NCBI RefSeq assembly: GCF_006345805.1
Contig: NW_021832176.1
Span: 1 to 30,841, forward strand
DNA from: Octopus sinensis
Taxonomy: Eukaryota
Direction of reading: 5' to 3'
DNA length: 30,841 bases
Made by a program: the position numbers and the translations under genes. Below the pieces are notes generated by a model that was given only the letters and a program-made list of their open reading frames with translations, made no database searches and was not told the DNA's origin. Shown one piece after another: positions 21,301-30,841 of the stretch (its first letter is position 1; each line of letters starts with the position of its first letter).

Positions 21301-21579
21301 ATCCATCACCCGTCAATCTCACACGTTCTGTTGAACTATAAACACGGTTTTCTTTTCACTATATTTAACATCACTCTCCCACCCTCCCACCCTCCATCAC
21401 CCCCCTCTCTCTTCCTACCATTTCTTGTTAATATTTAAACACATGAAATACCATCAAACTCTCCCTCCCCCCATCCGCCACCGCCGCCGCCGCCGCCCAA
21501 CCATCACCGCTGCATGTGTCACCGTAATCTAAGCCTTCTTCCATTGTTGTTCATGCTGATGTGCTTGTTACTCGCTTCT

Positions 21580-21765
21580 GCTGCTGCTACCGCCACATCT
21601 TCGCCGCCACTGTCGCTGCCACGTCTACTATTACTACTGCACATGTTACTTGATACGGATGCTGCCGCTGCTGCTGCTGCTATTGGTGCTGTCGTCATCG
21701 CCGTCGCTGCTAGCTGCTGCCATTGTTGCTCCTGCTCCTGCTGCTGCTTCTACTACTGCCACTAT

Positions 21766-21811
<46 letters not shown>

Positions 21812-21829
21812 GTTCCCACCACCACCACC

Positions 21830-21889
<60 letters not shown>

Positions 21890-21890
21890 G
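21580..21890. repeat. Compound (CTG)/(CTA)/(CAC) trinucleotide array
   Basis: Direct reading of sequence. Confidence 0.93.
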
Positions 21891-22435
21891 TCATCGAAGG
21901 TGCCTCCACGTGGTTGGCAGACCAGCAACAAATAGCAAAATTTGCCTCAAAATCACTTCCTATTGCACTTGAAAACCAAAGCAAGAGCACAATTATTTAA
22001 CGTACTCCTAGGTACATTGTGTATGAATAAAAATAGATGATGGGAAGGTCATAGTTGGAACTCCTTTGATCGTAGGTTTTTTGCTCTTCAGGGTTTGACT
22101 AAAGGAGCGTTGGTTGCTAAACAACAGCTTCCATAGCTACTGCTGCTGCTGCTGCTGCCGCTGCAGCTATCTATCATCGAAGGCATCACCACGTGGTTTG
22201 ATGCTTGATTGACAATAAATAGCAGTCAAATCTCTCTCAAATCCCTTCCTACTGTTTCTTTTAAGTCGGAAGAGCGCATTGATTTAATGTAGTCCCAGAT
22301 ACACCGTGTCTGAATGAAAATAAGCGATGGGGATGGCCATCGCTGGGAATCGTTTTGATCATAGATTTTTTTATTCCTCTTTCAGGGATTGACTAGCGGT
22401 GGTTGCTAGACAACAGCTACCATCAATCTACCGCT
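21891..22435 (+). mobile_element. Two tandem diverged copies of repeat family C
   Basis: Both start tcatcgaagg..c..ccacgtggtt and end gttgcta.acaacagct.ccat, separated by a short (CTG)n run. Confidence 0.7.
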
Positions 22436-22441
22436 ACTACT

Positions 22442-22477
<36 letters not shown>

Positions 22478-22681
22478 CACTCAACTACTACTACTACCAC
22501 CACCACCACCACCACTATTACTACTACTACTTCCACCACCACCACCACTCAACTACTACTACAACCACAACCACCACTATTACTACTACTACTAGTACTA
22601 CTACTACCACCACCGCCGCTACTACTACTACCCCCAACTATTACCACCACTACCAATACCACCACCACCACCACTACTACT

Positions 22682-22748
<67 letters not shown>

Positions 22749-22752
22749 CATT
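22430..22752. repeat. Compound (CTA)n/(CAC)n trinucleotide array
   Basis: Direct reading of sequence. Confidence 0.95.
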
Positions 22753-22879
22753 TCTATACAGCGCCGGTTGCCTTTTCTTCATTGAAGATGAAATAGATGT
22801 TGTGTGTCATTGAAGAGGCTGTTGCGATTTTGTAGTTGTTTATTGTTTTTATGCATTTTATTCGTTTCTTTTTTTTCCC

Positions 22880-23060
22880 CAGTCATTGGGCTACGGGCTT
22901 GCTGAGGTGAGAGGGAGGGGAACTGCCTTGAGCGGTCTGCGTTTCGAGCAGATCCAACTTATTCCATCGGTTTCTAATCGCCGAATCGCTGAGCCAATTG
23001 GATGTAAGCAAACCAGCACCGGCTGTCAAGTGGTGAGAGACACACAAACGCAAAGAAGAA
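22880..23060 (-). mobile_element. CORE-type SINE 3' half, decayed
   Basis: Reverse complement of the family tail (gtcatt.g.ct.cgg.c.tgctg.gg....cttatt.catcggt.tct....gccgaatcgct.ag..tgtcaag.ggtg). Confidence 0.6.
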
Positions 23061-23144
23061 ACAAGAGAAAAAGAATTCAAGACATGAGTGCGTGTGTGTG
23101 TATATATATATATATGTGTGTATTTATGTATATATCTATATCTA

Positions 23145-23220
<76 letters not shown>

Positions 23221-23254
23221 AATCTATCTATCTATCTATGTGTGTGTGTGTATG

Positions 23255-23284
<30 letters not shown>

Positions 23285-23289
<5 letters not shown>

Positions 23290-23700
23290 CGCATGGCTGC
23301 GCGGTGAAGACACTCACTTTGCAATCACATCGCTGCGGGTTCTGTCCCACCTGGCGGCATCTTGGGAAATAATGTCTTGTACAATAACCCCCGGACCAAC
23401 CAATGTCTTGCGAATGGATTTTGCAGACGGAAACTGCGTGAAGCCCGACATGTGAGTGTGTGTATGCATGTTTGGTACTTACCTCCATACCGCTTGGTGA
23501 CCGATGTTGTTTTGTTTGCGTCTCGTAACATCGGCGGTTCAGCCTAAAACGCCGGTAGAATAAGTACCAGATTTAAAAAAAAACAAAAAAACCCCCAAAA
23601 AACAACGAAGGGGTCAGTTCGTTGGACTCAACCCTTCAAGGCAGAGCTCCAGCATGACCACGGTCCAGTGACTGGAACAAATGAAAGAGTAAAATAGAAA
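23285..23700 (+). mobile_element. CORE-type SINE (OR2-like), diverged full-length copy
   Basis: gcatggctgcgcggtgaaga...ggcggcatcttgggaaa..tgtctt...gcagacggaaactgcgtgaagcccg...cttcaaggcagagctccagcatgacc. Confidence 0.72.
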
Positions 23701-23705
23701 TATTA

Positions 23706-24089
23706 AAATTTCTAAATATCTCAGAGAGATATAAGCAGTGGTGGAACGTGGTGATCAATGAATTTACTTCACTGAAATTATATATATCTATGTTTACAAA
23801 GTCTAGTCAGGTATCTTCAGCTAGCAGGCCATGCTACTCCAGACTGATGACGAGCAAGACTCAGAAACATGTCTCTGGATGCAGGCTTAGCTGTTGGGGG
23901 TGCTTGTCTCCCCTTTGTAAACATAAGGACACAGAAAATGTGTCAAGGCCGACAGGAAGCGTTGATGCTTCCTAGGGCTAAGTAGCCATGGGGTGATTCC
24001 CTTTATGGGACTGTCACGTTAAGTTGGCAGTATACAACTGCTCTATAGTTCCACCACTGCTTATATCTCTCTGAGATATTTAGAAATTT
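23706..24089. mobile_element. 384-bp element with perfect 42-bp terminal inverted repeats and an internal hammerhead ribozyme
   Basis: aaatttctaaatatctcagagagatataagcagtggtggaac (23706-23747) is the exact reverse complement of 24048-24089. Confidence 0.85.
23838..23879 (+). ncRNA. Minimal type I hammerhead ribozyme (Penelope-like-element type)
   Basis: uccaga CUGAUGA cGAG caaga CUCa GAAA CAUGUC ucugga: perfect 6-bp stem I, canonical core, GAG/CUC stem II, palindromic ACAUGU stem III, GUC cleavage triplet (cut after 23873). Confidence 0.8.
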
Positions 24090-24091
24090 AA

Positions 24092-24132
<41 letters not shown>

Positions 24133-24153
24133 GCAGCGACTCCATCTAAGAAT

Positions 24154-24186
24154 ATCTGAAGAAGGAATTTTATTCCGAAATATCAT
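24154..24186 (+). ncRNA. Hammerhead-like motif with weak stem I
   Basis: au CUGAAGA A GGAA uuuua UUCC GAAA UAU C au: intact core, 4-bp stem II, palindromic AUAU stem III, only 2 bp of stem I. Confidence 0.35.
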
Positions 24187-24495
24187 CAGACTATGGATGA
24201 CTAAATTACAACAGGTATATAGCCCATTGTTTGCCTTATAGTGCATCGTTGTACCAAAATTATCAAGAGTAAAATGCAACCTAAATCATTGAAGAAAAAA
24301 AAAATATTAACCAGCGCAAGACTATATCCATTAACAACAGAACCAAAAGTGAAAAGATGTGGTCGACCTAAAGTTAAAGACTTTTTCACTTCCCGAGGGT
24401 TATACAAATACATCTGTTTGTTGTCTACACCACCTGTCTTTATCTTTTGGTTTTTTTTATGAATTCTCCTTATATATATATGTATGTATATTGTA

Positions 24496-24541
<46 letters not shown>

Positions 24542-24569
24542 TATACATATGCACATATGAAAAAGTCTA

Positions 24570-24750
24570 TGTTTGTCCACCACTGCTTGTCAACCGGTGT
24601 TGGTGTGCTTATCTCGATGACTTAGTAATTCGGCAAAACAGACTGATGGAATAAGCACCAGATTTTTCAAACAAAAATGTTGTACGGTCGGTTCGTTGAA
24701 TTAAAACTCTTCACGGCCGCAATCTAACGACTGGAACGCATAAAAAGTAA
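24570..24750 (+). mobile_element. CORE-type SINE 3' half, decayed
   Basis: gcttgtcaaccggtgttggtgtgctta...ttagtaattcggcaaaacagactgatggaataagcacc. Confidence 0.6.
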
Positions 24751-25107
24751 CAGGCAAATATTCCCCAAATGATACCTTATCGTTTTGAAAAGTAGGTGGG
24801 ATGTTGACAGCTGAAACACATTTGGTTATTGGTTTAACCAGGGCAGGGATGACCTTAACAAGAAGAACAACAACGAGAACAAGACACATGAGTGGTACAG
24901 GGTCAAAAGGTACAGGCAGTATCATCTCCGTTGGCATCATCAGATGCACGAAAACCATGGAAGGGAGTTGGGGTGGGTGTAAGCCTCTACGCGGTCACTC
25001 GAACTTGCTAGAAGAAACAACCAAATTTCCTCGGTCTACTGTATTTAATGAAAAAAATCAAAGGAAAGAAAAAGGAAAAAAAGCGAAGAATAAATAGAGA
25101 AAGCTAG

Positions 25108-25365
25108 GCACAGGCGTGGCTGTGTGGTAAGAAATCTTGCTTCACACCCACATGGTTCCGGGTTCAGTCCCATTGCGTGGCACCTTGGGCAAGTGTCTTT
25201 TACTATAGCCTTAAGCCGACCAAATCCTTGAGAGTCAATTTGGTAGACGGAGACTGAAAGAAGCTCGCCGTATATGTGTGTGAGTGTGTGCATGGTGTTT
25301 GTATGTGTGTGAGTGTGTGTATGCACCACCACCATTTGTCGACTGGTGTTGGTGTGTTTACTAAT
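25108..25365 (+). mobile_element. CORE-type SINE (OR2-like), 5' part
   Basis: aggcgtggctgtgtggtaagaa...ggttccgggttcagtcccattgcgtggcaccttgggcaagtgtctt...ggtagacggagactgaaagaagctcgccgt. Confidence 0.82.
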
Positions 25366-25491
25366 TCCACACTTATAGTAGGGTCTTCAATACTAGATTT
25401 ACACGTGTCTAATGTGAGAAATTTAAGACATGGCATGAAGGAAAAAATCTGAGGGTAACAGCATTATACTTGGGTATAATACTGTTGTTGT

Positions 25492-25790
25492 TGGCATCCT
25501 TTTGTCTCAGGAGACAATGGAGTTGCGCATAAACTAATCCGGTCTGGTTTTTATATTTCATGTCCTCTCCAATTTCTTCACCAGTTTTGCGCAGGCCTGG
25601 GCTAGATGTAAGAAAATCCTGGGTAGCCCAATCGTCAGGATTCCTCTCTCAACCTTGGTTGCAGGAGCTGCCAGAAGAGTGTAGAGTCGAACACTAAACC
25701 GCCTACGGGACTCCACTCCGGATTTCTTTGAAGGTTGACTCCTTTCCGTAACCCTGGATATGGGCCAATATCGGGTACTGTCAGCCGGAG
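25492..25790 (+). mobile_element. Possible RTE-clade LINE 5' region fragment
   Basis: ggcatccttttgtctcaggagacaatggagttgcgc and gcaggagctgccagaag...ccgcctacgggactccactccggattt resemble RTE-type 5' UTR sequences as I recall them. No ORF support. Confidence 0.4.
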
Positions 25791-25972
25791 CCAGCTGAGC
25801 CCGGGACTCGTGTCAGGCAGGGTCGTCACTCACTGAAGTAGTGAAGAAAATCGTTATTTACTACCTACTGGGTAAAAATATATATTGGCTATAATATATA
25901 TACCCAATATATATATACAACACCTATTGGTATAATATTATTCTATATATATATATATATATATAATATATA

Positions 25973-26011
<39 letters not shown>

Positions 26012-26314
26012 TTTACGATCTAGAACTCGACCGGAACTCGACTGGAATTCGATAGAAAATCCCGAATGACCCGTCCTTTTGTATCGTCTTGTTTATATAT
26101 ATATATAATATATATAATATATATAATTAATCCAACATGAAAACACTAAGGGAAAACACAACAACGCGAGGACGTGGAACAAGTATAGTGTTATGGACGC
26201 TCAGGAAAGGAAAGAAAGAAGGAGGATCTAACGTTTCGAGCAGAAACCTAGGAAAAGGAAAGATCCCAGGAAGGGAAGACGGAGAAAGAAAATCGTCAAC
26301 AATACACACGTGGT

Positions 26315-26346
<32 letters not shown>

Positions 26347-27280
26347 CAGGGATGCAGCACAAGTTTCGTCAATGACCAGGTCGCAGCAGTTTCGAGCGAC
26401 GAAACTTTTGACTCCATAAACGACATCCAGATGAACTTGCACCATGGGGCAAGAAACACAAAAGAGGGCAGCACTATCGAACTTCTTCACCAAAAGCTAA
26501 TCGCAAAAGAATATCTGCTGAAAAGGTGATAACACTAGCGATGCCCCAGCATGGTCACAACCTTTGAGGTGAAACGCATAAAGGAATGAAAGACAAAATA
26601 AATGTTTTTTTTTTTTCGTTGTGTGTCTTCAACGCTGCGATTGTTTTAGCTTCAATACCCGACGAGTGTGTGTGTGTGTGTGTTTGTGTGTGTGGTTTGC
26701 CTCTCGCAGTATTCCCTATCACTGTTTCGAGTAACTGGTGTGTGTGTGCGTACGTGAATGTATATATTTGTATAAAAGCATGTGTGTATGCATATGTATA
26801 TATTATATATATATATATGGTTAATAAAATAGAACATATGCATATATATAAACATATATGTACGTACCTACCTACCTGTACATACATATACACGCATATA
26901 TGTGTACAGGACACCAAAAAGACGTCGAACACATAGAGAGACGAAACACATAGACACAAACCAAGGAACAAGACAAGCAAAAAAAAAGGGAGAGATACAG
27001 GACAATAAGCACAACGAAAAATCCCCTTCTTCAGTCGCTAAGATTTCATCTACTAAACGAAAAACGGTAAGATAACAAAAGAAAGAAAGAGACCTCAATA
27101 TTATGTAAATAAAGGAATTTATCTGTAAATATAATATGTGACAATTATTCGGTAGCTAAGATAAAACTCTGAGTTTCGGATGCCGAGGTGGAAATAACAC
27201 ATGACATCTCTTCGGTTATCTGGCCATATTATAATGTTAATCCATAGTTCTGTATGCTTATTTGTAAATATTCTACACAC

Positions 27281-27371
<91 letters not shown>

Positions 27372-27710
27372 ACATACACACGTGCACATGGCGAGCATAT
27401 ACACGTATATATATATCTCCAGACACGCACAACACACATACTGTCTTAAAAAATTTCAATTTAAAGAGATCTTCCATATAATCGCTCTCACGTTACTACA
27501 AATCTAAAACGTGAGAAAAAACAAACAAAAAAAAAAAAAAAACACTTCAGAAAATGAACACGAATCTACAAGCAAGGGATATAACTCCAATGGTATCATC
27601 CAACCGATTTTGTTTTTTCTTCTTCAAATAAGACATGCTGTTTGTTACGCTGCTGAATTTACCGGCGAAGTCAAAAAAAAACTATCTGTTTCTCTTAAAC
27701 GGCATTGTTA

Positions 27711-27758
27711 CCAGCACCAGCACCACCAGCACCACCATTATTATCACCATCATCGTCG

Positions 27759-27838
<80 letters not shown>

Positions 27839-27949
27839 TCCAGCAAACATTTTGAGCAGCAGTAGGGGGGTAACAGCAAAATTAATAATAATAATAATAA
27901 GATAATAATAATAATAAAAATAATGAAATAATAATAATGATAATTAATA

Positions 27950-27983
<34 letters not shown>

Positions 27984-28046
27984 CATAATAATGATAATAA
28001 TAATAATAGTAAAATAATAATAATAATAATAATAATAGTAATAATG

Positions 28047-28093
<47 letters not shown>

Positions 28094-28980
28094 TCAAATA
28101 ATATAGTAATAATAATAATAATAATAATAATATAATAATAATAATAATAAGATAATGATAATAATAATAAGATAATATACTAATAATGAGTAAATAACAG
28201 CTGCTTGTGCAACAACAACATCCACGACAGACGGGAACAGCCACGACACTGTCGCTAAAACAGCAAGGGCAACGAAAACAACAACAACAACAACAACAAT
28301 AACAACAACCTACTACAACAACAACAACAACAACAACAATAGCAATAACAACAACCTACAACAACAATAGCAACAACAACAACAACAACAACAGTAAGAT
28401 CAGCATCGTCACCCAGCGAAAGTTACCTTAGCAGAAAGACAGACGGATTAATATTGCAGTAGTAGCAGTAGTAAGAGTTATAGAAAGTTATTGTGACAGC
28501 AGCAGCAGTAGTAGTAGTAGTAGTAGTAGTAGTAATATCAGCATCAGCAGCAGCAGCAGTAGCAGCAGTAGTAGCAGCAGTAGCAGTAGCAGTCGTGGCA
28601 GTAATAGTAGAAGTAGGAGTAGTAGATATATAATAACTGCAACAGCAGCAGAGGCAGTAGTAGCAGTCGGAGTGGCAGAAATAGTAGCAGTCATCAGCAG
28701 CAGCACTTGTAGTAGTGGTAGCAGTTACTTAGCAATAACACAACTGGAAGTAGTAGTAGTAGTAACAGTAGTAACAGTAACAGTAGTAATAGTAGTAGTA
28801 GTAGTAGTAGTAGTAGTAATAGTAGTAATCGTAGTCGTATTAGTAGGGGTAATAGTAGAAGAAATTAGAAACAGCAGTAGTAATAGTAGTAGTAGAAGAA
28901 GCGATAGCAGTATCAGTCGCTGTAGTAGTGGTGGTAGTAATAGTAGTTGCTGTTGTTGTTGTTGGTGTTGGTGGTGCTGG

Positions 28981-29011
<31 letters not shown>
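27711..29011. repeat. Cascade of trinucleotide arrays: (CAC/CAT)n, (AAT)n, (CAA)n, (AGT/AGC)n, (TGT)n
   Basis: Approximately 27711-27836, 27881-28190, 28276-28392, 28457-28945 and 28946-29011, directly upstream of the long ORF. Confidence 0.95.
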
Positions 29012-29012
<1 letters not shown>

Positions 29013-29070
29013 TTATAGAAGAAGTGGTGGAGGTAGCGGTAGCAGCGGCGTCGGCGGAGGTAGTGTTGTG

Positions 29071-29133
29071 ATGCTGTTAGCGGTACATTGTTTCACATAC
29101 ATCAAGATAATGAATCGGCGGCACTGGACATGA
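29071..29133 (+). promoter_or_regulatory. Putative overlapping upstream ORF (20 aa)
   Basis: ATG at 29071 (gtgATGc) encodes MLLAVHCFTYIKIMNRRHWT. Its TGA (29131-29133) overlaps the main ATG (29130-29132) as ATGA. Confidence 0.4.
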
Positions 29134-30841
29134 GCAGTTATTGGAAATGTCGAATGAGGAGCAGAATCTACTTCCTCTCGATAGTTATGACAGCTAGTTT
29201 AACCAGCATGGTGCTGTGTTCGCTCCTCTTCCACTGTTGCTGTACCACAGGTAAGCCTGTAACAATGCGAACTGCTACTTTTCTATATGTACCTGTGAAA
29301 TATTCTTCGTTTTCATCATCATCTTCATCGTCATCTTCATCATCATCATCATCATCTTCATCATCATCTTCATCGTCATCTTCCTCGTCGTCCGATGGTC
29401 ATTTTAATAGACTCATAACGTCCAGTGATCTGGCCAAAATCCGACCCGTCCCAGCGGTGGTGGCTTTACCAATACCGGCTGACCGAATGGAAATCGCATC
29501 GTCGGATTTTTTCATATTCTCGGCCGAGCATATTCCGGCCGCCTCTGTCCCTAAAAGCAATTCTATTGAAGATTCGCCGAGCAAAAAACCCCGTCAGAAA
29601 AACAATACTTCATCCCTTACTAACCACCCATCATCATCATCCTCATCGTCCTCATCATCATCATCTTCATCATCATCATCATTTACACCGTTCAAAATCA
29701 AAACAGTCCGAAAGCAACAAGTTCGCTACAAATTAAAAGATGAAGAGGAAGAAGAACACGAAGAAGAATCTAGTCGGTTTTCTTCGACAAATATACAATC
29801 AATACCAAACATTTTAACTGCACAACAAAAACACAATCCGAACTATAAAGTTAGAAGTGTACAACAAAATCCTAAACTTTTCCATTTTCGGCACCGAAAT
29901 AATTTCAAAAGTGACGGCGCTATTAGTAACAATCTAGATCTTCGTCAACCTCGACGAAGCATTGATTACAACAATAACAACAATAATAAAAATTATAACG
30001 ATGGTGCTACTGCTGGTGGTGATGATAATGGTGATGAGTTAAAAGAGAATCGTAACGAATTTCAATTAATCGATAATGATCGTTTTGCAAATATGTTCGA
30101 TACTGCGAAGTTATCGGATAAGAACGATGTGTGGCGGTTGGATGGGGGGAAAATCTCTGACCACAATAGCCACTACAATCACCACCCCGCTCAAGAACTC
30201 GGTGAAAGTAACGGAAACTTTGTCCGAAATATTAAATCGTCCCGGGAATTACCTACCAATAATAAAGGTCCGAGTTTAACCGAGATTAATAGCGATCATA
30301 TTGATCGTGAGAATGATAATGATGATGGTAATGAGGATGATTATGATGATGATGGGAAGAATGGAGATGGTACTGTTAAATATAACGATGATGTTGGTGT
30401 TGTTAATGTGAAATACGCTTTAAAGGATGACGAAAGATATTTCGATAGTGATGTTGGAAACGGCATTATCGAAAACGAAGAAGAAAAAGTTGACAAAAAC
30501 CATTTTCAACAACAACGGATGAAGGATATATTTTATTACGACTCAAAACCATCTTCGAAAATCGAACGGATAAATTTAATAAATTTAAAGAACTCGAATA
30601 GGGATTACCATTCTGTGGATTTGCCGAGTATATCAGAGAAGGAGGACGAATATAAGACATTTACAAAGCCGAATATGAAAGCTACCCAAGGAATAGAGGA
30701 GGAAGAGAAAGATGCCGAAGGACCAGTTCTAACACCAAACCACCAAACTCGAAGACGGACGCTAAACTTTGCAACTTCTCGTCAAAGAGAATCACCTGTC
30801 GCAGTAAAATCGAAACACTCGTTGATCGGACGGATTAAAAT
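29130..30841 (+). CDS. 5' part of a secreted or type II membrane protein with a long low-complexity region (3' partial, runs off the window)
   Basis: No stop for 570 codons after the upstream in-frame TAG at 29061. Begins MSSYWKCRMRSRIYFLSIVMTASLTSMVLCSLLFHCCCTTGKPVTM (basic N-region, about 22-aa hydrophobic helix), then poly-Ser tracts, EEEEHEEE, NNNNNNKN and DNDDGNEDDYDDD. No catalytic domain is visible in the window. Later ATGs (29154, 29187) are alternative starts. Confidence 0.85.
   Translation, partial: MSSYWKCRMRSRIYFLSIVMTASLTSMVLCSLLFHCCCTTGKPVTMRTATFLYVPVKYSSFSSSSSSSSSSSSSSSSSSSSSSSSSSSDGHFNRLITSSDLAKIRPVPAVVALPIPADRMEIASSDFFIFSAEHIPAASVPKSNSIEDSPSKKPRQKNNTSSLTNHPSSSSSSSSSSSSSSSSSFTPFKIKTVRKQQVRYKLKDEEEEEHEEESSRFSSTNIQSIPNILTAQQKHNPNYKVRSVQQNPKLFHFRHRNNFKSDGAISNNLDLRQPRRSIDYNNNNNNKNYNDGATAGGDDNGDELKENRNEFQLIDNDRFANMFDTAKLSDKNDVWRLDGGKISDHNSHYNHHPAQELGESNGNFVRNIKSSRELPTNNKGPSLTEINSDHIDRENDNDDGNEDDYDDDGKNGDGTVKYNDDVGVVNVKYALKDDERYFDSDVGNGIIENEEEKVDKNHFQQQRMKDIFYYDSKPSSKIERINLINLKNSNRDYHSVDLPSISEKEDEYKTFTKPNMKATQGIEEEEKDAEGPVLTPNHQTRRRTLNFATSRQRESPVAVKSKHSLIGRIK

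Noticed and set aside
155-25365. tRNA genes
   Set aside because: The A/B-box-like heads belong to SINEs and run straight into SINE bodies. No complete cloverleaf was seen.
26022-26054. Three 11-bp units gaactcgaccg/gaactcgactg/gaattcgatag
   Set aside because: Too short and degenerate to interpret.
26130-26330. Penelope-type repeat with aacgtttcgagc (reverse GCUCGAAACGUU)
   Set aside because: The CUGANGA core and 5' half of stem II are absent, so it is at best a deleted relic and was not called as a ribozyme.
148-29133. The roughly 130 ORFs in the supplied track
   Set aside because: Nearly all are translations of microsatellites ([12 protein letters not shown], poly-M/T/S/E/H) or of SINEs (the repeated MRNWYL...RPRRNLNSER peptide is the antisense of one SINE). 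Only 3668-4138 overlaps real, LINE-derived coding sequence in frame.
1-30841. CRISPR array, operons or other prokaryotic systems
   Set aside because: No regularly spaced repeat-spacer units. The DNA is eukaryotic repeat-rich sequence.

Overview
Eukaryotic, AT-rich, microsatellite-saturated genomic DNA with no prokaryotic features. The repeat families resemble the tRNA-derived SINEs I recall from octopus, so a coleoid cephalopod origin is inferred, not proven. About 29 kb is intergenic/intronic, and nearly all ORFs in the supplied track are artefacts of simple repeats or SINEs. The only convincing gene segment is a stop-free ORF absent from the track: 29130 to the window end (+, at least 570 codons), with an N-terminal signal/anchor helix followed by a long Ser/Asp/Glu/Asn-rich low-complexity region. 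Mobile DNA includes three SINE families (one appearing as an Alu-like dimer), a CR1-type LINE 3' end, an RLE-type (R2/NeSL/HERO-like) LINE fragment, an internally deleted Chapaev3-like transposon and a hAT MITE with TIRs and TSD. The most unusual signal is a set of minimal type I hammerhead-ribozyme motifs of the Penelope-like-element kind. The best one lies inside a 384-bp element bounded by perfect 42-bp inverted repeats (23706-24089). All family names come from memory of consensus sequences and were not checked by database search.
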